Shown one piece after another: positions 41,267 to 50,402 of a DNA stretch of 64,000 bases. The stretch comes from a candidate division FCPU426 bacterium. Lineage in GTDB: Bacteria; Oederibacteriota; Muellerivitia; Muellerivitales; Muellerivitaceae. Location of the stretch: assembly GCA_963771075.1 (NCBI GenBank), contig CAVYSE010000011.1, positions 320,001-384,000 on the forward strand. Direction: 5' to 3'. Numbering within the stretch: position 1 is the first letter of the stretch; each line of letters starts with the position of its first letter. A program made the position numbers and the translations under genes. The notes under the pieces were generated by a model that saw only the letters and a list, made by a program, of their open reading frames with translations, searched no databases and was not told the DNA's origin.

Positions 41267-42324
41267 ATGGCTGAAACACCGAATCCAAACCGGATTATTG
41301 TGACCTGCACGGAAAAACCCGCCAAACTTTTACTAGCTTTACCAGTCTTTCAAACCCTAAAAACCGCTTATCCCGGGGCCAAAATCACGGCTTTCGTTAT
41401 CGCGGGGGCGGAAGGTATGTTTCAGGGTCACCCGGCTATCGATGCCGTGGAAACCTTACCGGCGCGGGAAGGCTTGTTCCACCTGGCGGGCCGTTTCCGC
41501 AGTTTGGCGCCGGATCTCTGCCTGCACCTTTCGCCCAACGCTAAGCTGGTCTTGGCCGCCTGGCTGGGTAGGGTTCCCAGTCCGAATCGGGATGGATTAT
41601 AAATGGCAGAATTATTTTCTTACCCGCACCGTGAAGATCAACCGGGCCGTCAGCGACCGCAACGAAGTGGAATATAATTTTGAACTATTGAAACCGCTGG
41701 GAATAACCCGGTTTCCCGCGAAAATCGAATATCCCCTTACCGATGTGGAAAAGTCTAAGGCCCAAGAGATATTAATCCAAAAGGGACTGGGAGTCGGCGC
41801 TCCCTATGTACTCGTTCATCCGGGTTCAAAAGGAAGGGCGCGGCATTGGAAAGCGGAAAGATTCAGCCAGCTTTTGGCGCATTTGTGCCAAATCAAGGGA
41901 TTGCGGGTGGTGTTGACGGCGGAGGGGGACGAATCGGCGTTGGTTGCGGAAGTGACGTCCTTTCTTTATTCACTTTCGCCCGAACAAAAACCCATTACGG
42001 TCATAACGGGGGATCTGACCCTGAATCAATTGGCGGCCCTCTGCCAGGGGGCGGCTTGCGTTCTGACGGGCCCAGCTGGCCCCTTGTACCTGGCGGCCGC
42101 CGTGGGCGCCCCCACGGTCGCCCTCTTTTCCCCAGCGCCCGAGGCGACTCCGGTGAGATGGGGCCCTTGGGGAAATGAACACACGGTCCTGGTTCCCGAA
42201 GGGTTCCCAATGCGCGGCCTGCCAGGTGGGTTACTGCAAAAAGCACGATCCCATGGATGCCCTCACCGTGCCGGAAGTGTTCGAGGCGATGAAAAAATTT
42301 ATCCGGAAAGTCGTGCCGGTTTAG
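41267..42324 (+). CDS. GT9 (LPS heptosyltransferase-like) glycosyltransferase; two frameshifts
   Basis: LALPVFQTLKTAYPGAKI, VLVHPGS...W, LAAAVGAPTVALF...RWGPW; frame breaks near 41575 and 42200; ends ...LTVPEVFEAMKKFIRKVVPV*. Confidence 0.82.
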
Positions 42325-42372
42325 CAAAACGGAATGGTTGAACGGGTCATGTGTACCGGCTGAGTAAAGATT

Positions 42373-42954
42373 TTACTTTATTTGATTTCGCTTAAGGTCG
42401 CCCATGATCAGATAGATCCCTGACATCACCAGCAAACCGCCGATACCAGGGCCCTTCAAGTGTCCCATGGCAGGATCCAAATGCAGGTTCATCATGCTCA
42501 TGAAACTCACGTTCCAACCGATCGCCATCAGGAACCACAGGGTCCGCCGGGAAAGATCGGCCGTTTTCCAGCCCCAACCGTAAATCCCCGCTCCTACTAG
42601 GGGCCCCAAAACGCCAATAATTCCTAAATATTTAACAACGAGATCGGCCTGGTTGCCGGCCTTCGCATCTAGTCCCGACCACATGACGCACCAAAGGATC
42701 AGCCAGAATAGGGTTAGGGCCGAAAGGCCGTTGAGAAGGCGTGCCACCGGGATGGGAGGGTTCCGGAATCCGTCTTCGGTCATGGTCAGCATGGTGAAAC
42801 CAACCAAGGCGGGGAAAGCGTAAAGCAGGAGATAAGTCGTCAACATCGAGTGGTGTTGCGCCAATAAAGTTTTGAGCGGCTCCCCGAGCAGGACCCCGGG
42901 CGCGAAGAGGAACCCAAGGATTCCGAAGCGGTAAAATGTGATTCCGAGTTTCAT
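42373..42954 (-). CDS. Hypothetical multi-TM membrane protein
   Basis: 193 aa, 5-6 hydrophobic segments, AGGAG RBS. Confidence 0.7.
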   Translation of the reverse strand: MKLGITFYRFGILGFLFAPGVLLGEPLKTLLAQHHSMLTTYLLLYAFPALVGFTMLTMTEDGFRNPPIPVARLLNGLSALTLFWLILWCVMWSGLDAKAGNQADLVVKYLGIIGVLGPLVGAGIYGWGWKTADLSRRTLWFLMAIGWNVSFMSMMNLHLDPAMGHLKGPGIGGLLVMSGIYLIMGDLKRNQIK

Positions 42955-43210
42955 TTAAATATTCTCCTCATTTTATGACTTTCTCCCCAGAAGGCGGCGT
43001 ACGAGCCAACGATTTTAAATCGAAGTGCCATCCAGGCGTTGATCTTTCTTTTAATCCAGTGAGATCTCAGCAAAGGGGATGCCACAGTTTAGATTATTGA
43101 AACGAGGATGATCGGGCCATGAAACCCCTTGGTTTGAGTTAGAAAGGTTTTTTTCGAGTAAAAGAGTGAAAAAAATAATAAAACTCGTAAAAGTATAAAT
43201 AGTCGAATTT

Positions 43211-43246
43211 TGTAGTTATTAACAATATTGTAGTATTAAACATTAT
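43211..43246. promoter_or_regulatory. Candidate activator sites upstream of the amtB promoter
   Basis: TGTAGTTATTAACAATAT/TGTAGTATTAAACATTAT 18-bp tandem containing TAACAATATTGTAGT. Confidence 0.55.
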
Positions 43247-43318
43247 TCAAAACGGTTTTTTTATTTAATAAAGCCCAATATTTATGAAATTTTTACTTGT
43301 AAATTAGTTTTTGAGAAC

Positions 43319-43334
43319 TGGCACAAGGCTTGCT
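43319..43334 (+). promoter_or_regulatory. Sigma54 -24/-12 promoter
   Basis: TGGCAC-AAGGC-TTGCT upstream of amtB. Confidence 0.88.
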
Positions 43335-43444
43335 TTTTCTCCCGGAACGTAAGGGGTTCCGTCCTGGCCCCGGGTCGTTGAGTAGGGACTTCCATCCGTG
43401 ATGAGCGGGGAAAGTAAAGTTTATAAACCTTAAGGAGGTAGAGT

Positions 43445-45118
43445 ATGTTGGCAAAAATTCGAAAGATAGGAAGCATCTCCCTGATGCTTTACTATCTCCT
43501 GGTACTAGCGGTACCGGTGGTGGTAAACGCCCAGACGGCGCCCGCTGCCGCGCCGGCTGCGGCGGCACCCGCCCCGGCGGCAACACCGGCGCCTCAACCG
43601 CCGGACCCGAACGGGTCGGCGACCGGCGGGATCTCGGACTTGACGTCTTTTAACAGTTTCAAGGACATCAAGAACCCGACCGTTTTGGAACTGGCGGCTG
43701 CCGTCGGCCATAACCGGGTGGCCATCAATATCGTCTGGACATTGGTGACTGGTTACCTGGTTATGTTCATGCAGGCCGGGTTCGCGATGGTGGAAACGGG
43801 CATGACCCGCGCCAAGAACGTGAACCACACCATGACCATGAACTTCATGATTTATCCCTTCGGGATGTTGGGGTTCTATGTTTGCGGCTTCGCCTTCATG
43901 TTCGGGGGTTTAGGCGCGTTAGGAACCTTGGGGGGGTATGCGGGTCTCAGTAATGAGATTACTTGGACCCTCTTCGGAAAACCCTTCGGCATGCTCGGGA
44001 ACGTCGGGTATTTCCTGACCGGCCCCGCCTATGACGTTGGAGTCTTCACCCTCTTCCTGTTTCAGATGGTGTTCATGGATACAACAGCCACCATCCCCAC
44101 GGGTGCCATGGCGGAACGCTGGAAATGGTCGGCCTTTTGCCTTTACGGGGTGGCCATCGGAACCATCATGTATCCCGTGTTCGGCAACTGGGTCTGGGGC
44201 GGCGGTTGGCTTTCGCAATTGGGCGTCAACTTCGGCCTAGGCCACGGCTACACCGACTTTGCCGGTTCCACGGTCGTGCACATGCAGGGAGGTGTAATCG
44301 CCCTGATCGGCGCTTGGATCATCGGGCCGCGCATCGGCAAGTTCAACAAGAACGGCACCCCCAACACCATCCCGGCTCATAACATGCCGATGGCCATCGC
44401 GGGTTGTTTCATCCTGGCTTTCGGTTGGTTCGGGTTCAACCCCGGTTCAACCCTGGCTGGCGCGGACTTGCGTATTTCGGTGGTGGCGGTCAACACCATG
44501 TTGGCTTCCGCAACCGGAGCCTTGTTTGCCATGATCTGGATCTGGATCCGTGGTGGCAAGCCCGATCCGGGAATGATGGTGAACGGGATGCTGGCCGGGC
44601 TCGTGGCCATCACTGGTCCTTCGGCTTTCGTGAACGCTCCGGGTGCCTGCTTGATCGGGATTGTTTCGGGAGTTCTGGTCATCGAGAGTGTTTTCTTCAT
44701 CGAACGCGTGCTCAAGATTGACGATCCGGTCGGGGCCATTTCGGTTCACGGCGTCAACGGAGCCTGGGGTTGTATCTCCCTGGGGCTTTTGGCGGATGGA
44801 GCCTACGGCCAAGGCTGGAACGGCGTTGGCGCGGACAAGTACATGGGTACCTCAGCCGCCGCGAACAACTTGAAAGGTGTTACGGGGTTGTTCTATGGGG
44901 ACGCCTCCCAGTTTGTGGCCCAAGTCATCGGCGTGGTTGTTTGTTTCGTAACCCTTGCGGTCATTTCCTATATCGTCTTCATGGTTATTGAAAAGACGGT
45001 TGGGAACCGGGTCTCACCCGAAACCGAAATCGAGGGGTTGGATATACCCGAAATGGGCTCGGTAGGCTATTGTGGAATCAAGATGGATAAGGCTTCTGAG
45101 AACGTAACTTCCCATTAA
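43445..45118 (+). CDS. amtB: Ammonium transporter
   Basis: MQAGFAMVETG, FQMVF, DFAGSTVVH, WFGFNPGS, IDDPVGAISVHG, EIEGLD; signal peptide and Ala/Pro extension. Confidence 0.97.
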   Translation: MLAKIRKIGSISLMLYYLLVLAVPVVVNAQTAPAAAPAAAAPAPAATPAPQPPDPNGSATGGISDLTSFNSFKDIKNPTVLELAAAVGHNRVAINIVWTLVTGYLVMFMQAGFAMVETGMTRAKNVNHTMTMNFMIYPFGMLGFYVCGFAFMFGGLGALGTLGGYAGLSNEITWTLFGKPFGMLGNVGYFLTGPAYDVGVFTLFLFQMVFMDTTATIPTGAMAERWKWSAFCLYGVAIGTIMYPVFGNWVWGGGWLSQLGVNFGLGHGYTDFAGSTVVHMQGGVIALIGAWIIGPRIGKFNKNGTPNTIPAHNMPMAIAGCFILAFGWFGFNPGSTLAGADLRISVVAVNTMLASATGALFAMIWIWIRGGKPDPGMMVNGMLAGLVAITGPSAFVNAPGACLIGIVSGVLVIESVFFIERVLKIDDPVGAISVHGVNGAWGCISLGLLADGAYGQGWNGVGADKYMGTSAAANNLKGVTGLFYGDASQFVAQVIGVVVCFVTLAVISYIVFMVIEKTVGNRVSPETEIEGLDIPEMGSVGYCGIKMDKASENVTSH

Positions 45119-45156
45119 TCGGGAAGGTTTGTTAAGTTGGTTGGGATGAAAAACCG

Positions 45157-45187
45157 AAAAAGTCCCCTGAATCGAGGGGACTTTTTC
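45157..45187 (+). terminator. Terminator-like hairpin between amtB and glnK
   Basis: AAAAAGTCCCCT-GAATCG-AGGGGACTTTTT. Confidence 0.65.
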
Positions 45188-45204
45188 ATATTTTAGGAGT
45201 TTTT

Positions 45205-45546
45205 GTGAAAAAAATAGAAGCCATCATACGGCCGGAGAAATTCGACAGCGTGAAGAAGGCCCTGGAGCTCGCCGGTTATACCGGGGTTACCATCACGGAG
45301 GTTGAAGGCCACGGCAAACAAAAGGGCCTTTCCCAACAGTTCCGAGGTTACAAGTACAAAGTCGAGTTTTTGCCCAAGTTGAAGCTGGAGATTGTGGCTC
45401 CCAGCGCTGATGTGGAGAAGCTGGTCAAAGCTATTTTGACGAGCGCATCCAGTGGTCACGTGGGGGATGGAAAAATATTCGTCTATACGATCGACGAGGT
45501 TTACCGGATCAGTAGTGGTGAAACAGGCGATACGGCTGTTTCTTAA
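45205..45546 (+). CDS. glnK: P-II nitrogen regulator with canonical Tyr51
   Basis: KKIEAIIRP, GHGKQKG, Y51, FLPK, GDGKIFV; downstream of amtB. Confidence 0.93.
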   Translation: MKKIEAIIRPEKFDSVKKALELAGYTGVTITEVEGHGKQKGLSQQFRGYKYKVEFLPKLKLEIVAPSADVEKLVKAILTSASSGHVGDGKIFVYTIDEVYRISSGETGDTAVS

Positions 45547-45574
45547 AATTTGATTTTCCCTCGTGGGGAGTACG

Positions 45575-45608
45575 GGGGTTAACCGGATTGGGTTAACTCT
45601 TTTTTTAT
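45575..45608 (+). terminator. Intrinsic terminator
   Basis: GGGGTTAACC...GGTTAACTCT followed by a T-run. Confidence 0.6.
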
Positions 45609-45706
45609 GTGTTGAGAGGCGGTTTTCGATAGAGGTTGGGATGTCATCCCGACCGGTAGGCTTAAGTCATCTACCGAGCACTGCCGACCTAAAACTGGGG
45701 TCCGTG

Positions 45707-46048
45707 ATGAGAAAGATCGAAGCCATTATCCAACCCGCGGCCTTTGAGCGGGTCAAGGAAGCCTTGGAAGCGGCCGACTACCCGGGTATCACCATTACCG
45801 AGGTTAAGGGACATGGGAAACAAATGGGCTTGACCCAAAATTGGCTGGGCCGAAGCATCAAGGTGGACACCCTTCCCAAGATGAAATTAGAAATCGTCGC
45901 GATGGATGAGGAGGGAGAAAAGATCATCCAAACCATCCTTCAATCCGCTTGGACGGGAAAAAAAGGGGACGGGAAGATATTCGTTCATCAAATCGAGCAG
46001 GCGTACAAGATCAGCACCGGGGAATCAGGTGATTCGGTCGTAAGTTGA
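45707..46048 (+). CDS. Second P-II protein (Ile at position 51)
   Basis: MRKIEAIIQP...GHGKQMG...LPK...GDGKIFV; 113 aa from ATG 45707. Confidence 0.9.
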   Translation: MRKIEAIIQPAAFERVKEALEAADYPGITITEVKGHGKQMGLTQNWLGRSIKVDTLPKMKLEIVAMDEEGEKIIQTILQSAWTGKKGDGKIFVHQIEQAYKISTGESGDSVVS

Positions 46049-46084
46049 AAATAGCCGAGTTTTTTTCAAACCGGAAGGAATCCA

Positions 46085-47443
46085 ATGGACTCCATGAATT
46101 ACTGGCAGCAAATGGATGGCATGACCACCCTTTTGCATTTTCTCCCATTCGGGCTCCTGTTATTCAGCACGGCCGCCTTTCCTTTCATCCCTGGTATTTC
46201 CCGGTGGTGGGAAAGCATGCGAAACAAGTTTTTATTCGCCGCGGTCTGCGCGGGCGCAGGGGTGTTTTTATATCTTCGACCATCCGGTGACTACATGAAG
46301 GTGCTGGAAACTTATCTGGATTACCTCGCTTTTTTGGCGTTGGTGGGTTCCCTTTTTACGGTTAGCGGTGGAATCTACATTTCAGGCGCCTTCGCCGGGT
46401 TACCTTATATCAATACATTGTTTCTGGGGCTGGGTGCCGTCCTAGCGAGCCTATTAGGCACCACCGGCGCCAGCATGGTTTTGATCAGGCCCCTGCTTCG
46501 CGCTAATTTGATGCGCCGTCACAAAACCCATGTGGTCGTGTTTTTCATCTTCATCGTCTCAAACTGCGGGGGGCTCTTGACCCCCCTGGGCGATCCGCCC
46601 CTCTATCTGGGATTCCTCCGCGGGGTCCCGTTCTTCTGGACCCTTCGACTGATCCCCATATGGTCCCTGACCCTGTTGATTTTGCTCTTCATTTTCCATT
46701 TGATCGACGACAAAATTTTCGACGGCGAGGAAACACACGTCCGAGGCTCGCTGATCCAGGCCATATCGGACGCTGAACAACCGATCCAGGTGAAGGGACG
46801 TTTAAGCGTGCTTTGCCTCTTGGGGATCCTGTCCACGATCCTGGTGGCGGGCTACTGGCTGAACCCCTGGCTGGAGGCGCGGTGGGGAGCCCATGCGGTC
46901 GATGCCTCAAAAATATTCCAAATCCTGGTCATGACATCCCTCGGGTTGCTTTCCCATTACAAAACACCGAAGGATATCCACGAGGCGAACGAGTTTTCCT
47001 TCGCGCCCTTCTTGGAAGTCATGGTGCTTTTCTTTGGCATTTTCGGATCCATGATCCCGGCCCTCACGTTGTTGGAAGCCAAGGGCAAGACATTGGCCTT
47101 GAACCATTCGTGGGCGTACTTTTGGCTTTCCGGGGCATTAAGCAGTTTCCTCGATAATGCTCCGACCTATCTCAGCTACGCCGCCCTGGCGGCGGGACAA
47201 AATGGGCTTTCCACCGATCATTTAGGCGATTTGGCCCGGCAAGCACCCCAATTGCTCGCCGCGGTTTCCTGCGGGTCTGTCCTCATGGGAGCCAACAGTT
47301 ATATCGGAAATGGCCCCAATTTCATGGTGCGCGCCATTGCCGAGCAATCCCGCGTCCGAATGCCCTCCTTCGGGGGTTATATGCTTTGGTCAGGCGCGGT
47401 TTTAATTCCGATTTTTATCCTTCTTACTTTTATCTTCTTTTAA
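46085..47443 (+). CDS. IT-superfamily sodium:proton antiporter / CitMHS-like transporter
   Basis: GTTGASM, SNCGGLLTPLGDPPLYLGFL, LSSFLDNAPTYL, GANSYIGNGPNFMV. Confidence 0.85.
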   Translation: MDSMNYWQQMDGMTTLLHFLPFGLLLFSTAAFPFIPGISRWWESMRNKFLFAAVCAGAGVFLYLRPSGDYMKVLETYLDYLAFLALVGSLFTVSGGIYISGAFAGLPYINTLFLGLGAVLASLLGTTGASMVLIRPLLRANLMRRHKTHVVVFFIFIVSNCGGLLTPLGDPPLYLGFLRGVPFFWTLRLIPIWSLTLLILLFIFHLIDDKIFDGEETHVRGSLIQAISDAEQPIQVKGRLSVLCLLGILSTILVAGYWLNPWLEARWGAHAVDASKIFQILVMTSLGLLSHYKTPKDIHEANEFSFAPFLEVMVLFFGIFGSMIPALTLLEAKGKTLALNHSWAYFWLSGALSSFLDNAPTYLSYAALAAGQNGLSTDHLGDLARQAPQLLAAVSCGSVLMGANSYIGNGPNFMVRAIAEQSRVRMPSFGGYMLWSGAVLIPIFILLTFIFF

Positions 47444-47454
47444 AATCATTGTCC

Positions 47455-48087
47455 ATGTCCGGTCGAATCCTCATGCTTCACAAACCCAAGGGGTATGTGG
47501 TCACCCGTCCCATCGAACCCTTGAACCCAACAACGGTTTATTCGATCCTTCCCCCGGAATTTCATGCCCAAGGTTGGGTTCCGGTTGGGCGGTTGGACAA
47601 GGATTCCAGCGGGTTGCTTCTTTTCGTGAGGGAAGGTTTTCTCGTCAAACTTCTTCAAACTCCAGGGAACATCCACAAGGTTTATGAGGTCTGGGTGAAG
47701 GGCCGTTTGTGTCCGGGGCACCTTCAACAGGTTTTGGATGGTGTTCAAACCCCCTTAGGTCCCCTTAAAGCAAAGGAGGTGGAGGTTTTAGGCGCCATGG
47801 GGGACAACACTTTGGTGAAAATGACCCTGGATGAGGGACAAAATCGGCAAATTCGCCGGATCTTTGCCTGTATGAAAGACATGGAAAAGAACAAGTATTT
47901 TAAGGCCCTGGACCTGATGCGAATCGCGATCGGACCTGTTTCGTTGGACTTGGAGCCGGGGAAATGGCGGTTTTTATCGGATGCGGAAACAGAATCGCTT
48001 TTGAGGGACTTGCCGAGGAAGGCGAAAAAAGCCCAACAACCAAAGGGTTTTTCGAAACCGAGCCTTCAAGGAAGAGGGAACCCCTGA
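47455..48087 (+). CDS. RsuA-family pseudouridine synthase lacking the S4 domain
   Basis: HKPKGYVVT, VGRLDKDSSGLLL, KVYEV, EGQNRQIRR. Confidence 0.9.
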   Translation: MSGRILMLHKPKGYVVTRPIEPLNPTTVYSILPPEFHAQGWVPVGRLDKDSSGLLLFVREGFLVKLLQTPGNIHKVYEVWVKGRLCPGHLQQVLDGVQTPLGPLKAKEVEVLGAMGDNTLVKMTLDEGQNRQIRRIFACMKDMEKNKYFKALDLMRIAIGPVSLDLEPGKWRFLSDAETESLLRDLPRKAKKAQQPKGFSKPSLQGRGNP

Positions 48088-48158
48088 AGCTGTACCAAAC
48101 TTTTCTTATTATTCAATCTTTGCTGTGAAAGGTTGGGATTTTATTACCGGTTTTTAAT

Positions 48159-49592
48159 TTACAGGTTCAGTTCCACCCGCGCGTCGCCATCCAGGGCGAC
48201 CCTTCCCTCCAAGCCGATGTCGCTCACGAAGGCTTCCTCCATTTTTAAGGAAGTAATGGTCGTGCGCAGCATCGCGAAGTGCCCCAAGGGACGGTTGAGC
48301 AGTTTGGTGAGTTCTTCCTGCAATTTATCCAGGCTTTTCCCGACCGGGACCACCGCTTTTTCACGCAATGCATCGCGGATTCCGGAACCAGCGATGAATG
48401 TGGCCATTTGGACCAGGAAGTCGCTGGTCTGGATGTCGAAGTCCATATCGGGGAAGTCGATGACCTGGGTGTCCTCGTGGTATTTGGGAGTGCCCACCAA
48501 GTAGATGGTCAACTGGGCCTGGTGGCCGGATAGGTCGAGAAGGGGATCGTAATCCACCTGGGCTTCCACCACGAGCTGGCCTCCCGAACCGTAAACTGAG
48601 ATGTTGGTGATTTTCAGGTGGTGGTTGCCGCTTCCGGGCAGGGCCCGGTTGAGGATGCCCGTTTTGGGATCGATCAATAATTTATTGACCTCGTGGAAGC
48701 TGATCTTCAAGTTGGTCTCGATATGAAACCCCTCCGGGCCCGGCTGGTAGTCCGAAAGGGGCGGCAATTCGCTTTTGTCCAGTTTGGGTTTTTGGCCGAT
48801 GATGACGTTGGGCTGAACATAAACCTCGAAGACCGTTTCGAGCTTGGGCGTTTTGGGGTCGGGGATCAGGCGATAAGACCCCACGCTGATCTTATCGGTC
48901 TTGAACTGAAGCCAAATATCCTCCGCCATCCGGATCGGTTCTTGGAGCGATTTCCAAAGTTCCTTGGCCTTTTCCTCGATGTTCGTCGCTTTTTTCAACG
49001 ACTCATGGAATTTTGAAGTGCCTTTGCGGAGTAACTTCTCGCCTTTCTTCAAGTCGGATTCTTCCTCCGTTGCGGGCGCGCCCGACACCGGGGCCGATGC
49101 CGTGGCGGAGTTGTCTTCCGCCTCGTTAAAGTTGGGGGCTTCCAGGTGCCAATCCTTGGTCCATTGAATGGAGGAGGCGAGGTCCACCTTGGCGTCCTGT
49201 TCCACTTCCTCGGCTAATTTTTCCGCTTCCTTGGACAGGTTTTCCGAGCCGGTTTTCTTCTTGTAATGCATATGCATATGGGCGGTGAGGGTGTTGCCGG
49301 AGTATTCCCAATCCAACGGGTCCCACCATACGGTCGTGCCCAGGCTTTTGGTGAGGGATTGCTCGGCTTTTTTGAAATCGTTTTTCACGAACTGCGCCAG
49401 ATGTTTTTCCACGTCGCTTAACTGGGGAAGATTCACCACCACCGGTATGCGGAGCCTCGCGGGCGGGGGAGGGTTCAGGGTGTGAACGGGTGCGGGACGG
49501 ATAGGGACCCTTAAATGGTTGCCGGTCGCACAGCCGATGAAAAGCATGCAAAAAGGAATCAAAATCAGATGGGGAGATGTCTTATAACGCAT
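48159..49592 (-). CDS. Lipoprotein, DUF4403-like
   Basis: Lipobox FIGC; LWKSLQEPI, IYLVGTPKY patterns recalled from DUF4403. Confidence 0.7.
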   Translation of the reverse strand: MRYKTSPHLILIPFCMLFIGCATGNHLRVPIRPAPVHTLNPPPPARLRIPVVVNLPQLSDVEKHLAQFVKNDFKKAEQSLTKSLGTTVWWDPLDWEYSGNTLTAHMHMHYKKKTGSENLSKEAEKLAEEVEQDAKVDLASSIQWTKDWHLEAPNFNEAEDNSATASAPVSGAPATEEESDLKKGEKLLRKGTSKFHESLKKATNIEEKAKELWKSLQEPIRMAEDIWLQFKTDKISVGSYRLIPDPKTPKLETVFEVYVQPNVIIGQKPKLDKSELPPLSDYQPGPEGFHIETNLKISFHEVNKLLIDPKTGILNRALPGSGNHHLKITNISVYGSGGQLVVEAQVDYDPLLDLSGHQAQLTIYLVGTPKYHEDTQVIDFPDMDFDIQTSDFLVQMATFIAGSGIRDALREKAVVPVGKSLDKLQEELTKLLNRPLGHFAMLRTTITSLKMEEAFVSDIGLEGRVALDGDARVELNL

Positions 49593-49939
49593 GGCGGCAT
49601 TTTACACTCTGAAAAAAGAGGCGTGAAACCCCGATCTAAGCAAAGATTTGAAGCAAGGGCGGGAAAAGGGACCGCGGTGGGGTCGGACCCTATAACAATG
49701 TTCGGGGTGGACTCCATTATCAAAAGGCCACTTGTTGAGGCTGGAGGGGGCTGGAATTGGCTGGTTAAACCCCTTTGCCTGCCCCAAAACAGGAAAAGAT
49801 CGGTTCCGGAGGCAAAAAAAGAGGGTTCATGGGGCCTAAGGTGCCTTCGCCTATACAGGCCAATAAGAAACTCCTTGTAAAACCAACGTTACTTTGGATT
49901 AATATCCCCTGAAGATCCTAATTTCTAGGAGGTGAGGCT

Positions 49940-50221
49940 GTGACCAAGAGTGAGATTATTGCCGCGTTAGTGGAAGCGACCCAAATGAAGAAAAAGGAAG
50001 TCGTGACCGTGTTGGACGCCCAACGTGAATTGATTTACAAAACCTTGAAAAAAGAGGGCCAAATCAAGCTGGACGGCCTGGGTGTATTTCAATTGAAAGA
50101 CCGTAAAGCCCGCACTGCCCGCAATCCCCGCACCGGCGAAACGGTTCAGGTTCCGGCCCGCCGGGTTGTCAAGATCCGCGTGTTGAAAGCCTTGAAGGAC
50201 GAGGTTTTGCCAAAGAAGTAA
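49940..50221 (+). CDS. hup: HU-family DNA-binding protein
   Basis: MTKSEII..., GLGVFQLKDRKARTARNPRTGE, basic 93 aa; AGGAGG RBS. Confidence 0.95.
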   Translation: MTKSEIIAALVEATQMKKKEVVTVLDAQRELIYKTLKKEGQIKLDGLGVFQLKDRKARTARNPRTGETVQVPARRVVKIRVLKALKDEVLPKK

Positions 50222-50232
50222 AAGAGTTTTTT

Positions 50233-50267
50233 GAAAAAGGGGACTCCTTGGAGTCCCCTTTTTTTTA
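50233..50267 (+). terminator. Intrinsic terminator
   Basis: AAAAAGGGGACTCC-TT-GGAGTCCCCTTTTTTT. Confidence 0.85.
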
Positions 50268-50402
50268 CTTGGTTTGTTGAAAATGCAGTTCCTTTCCGAC
50301 TGTGTCCCCAAAATTTTGCCAAAAATGAATTCTCCAAAATATATCCGGTTGGAATCGCCCGGAGCCCCCGATAGAATTTAACGAATGATTTTTTAAGGAA
50401 TC

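Noticed and set aside
43220..43234. NrdR box interpretation of the shared palindrome
   Set aside because: It is out of register with the NrdR consensus and no ribonucleotide reductase gene is nearby
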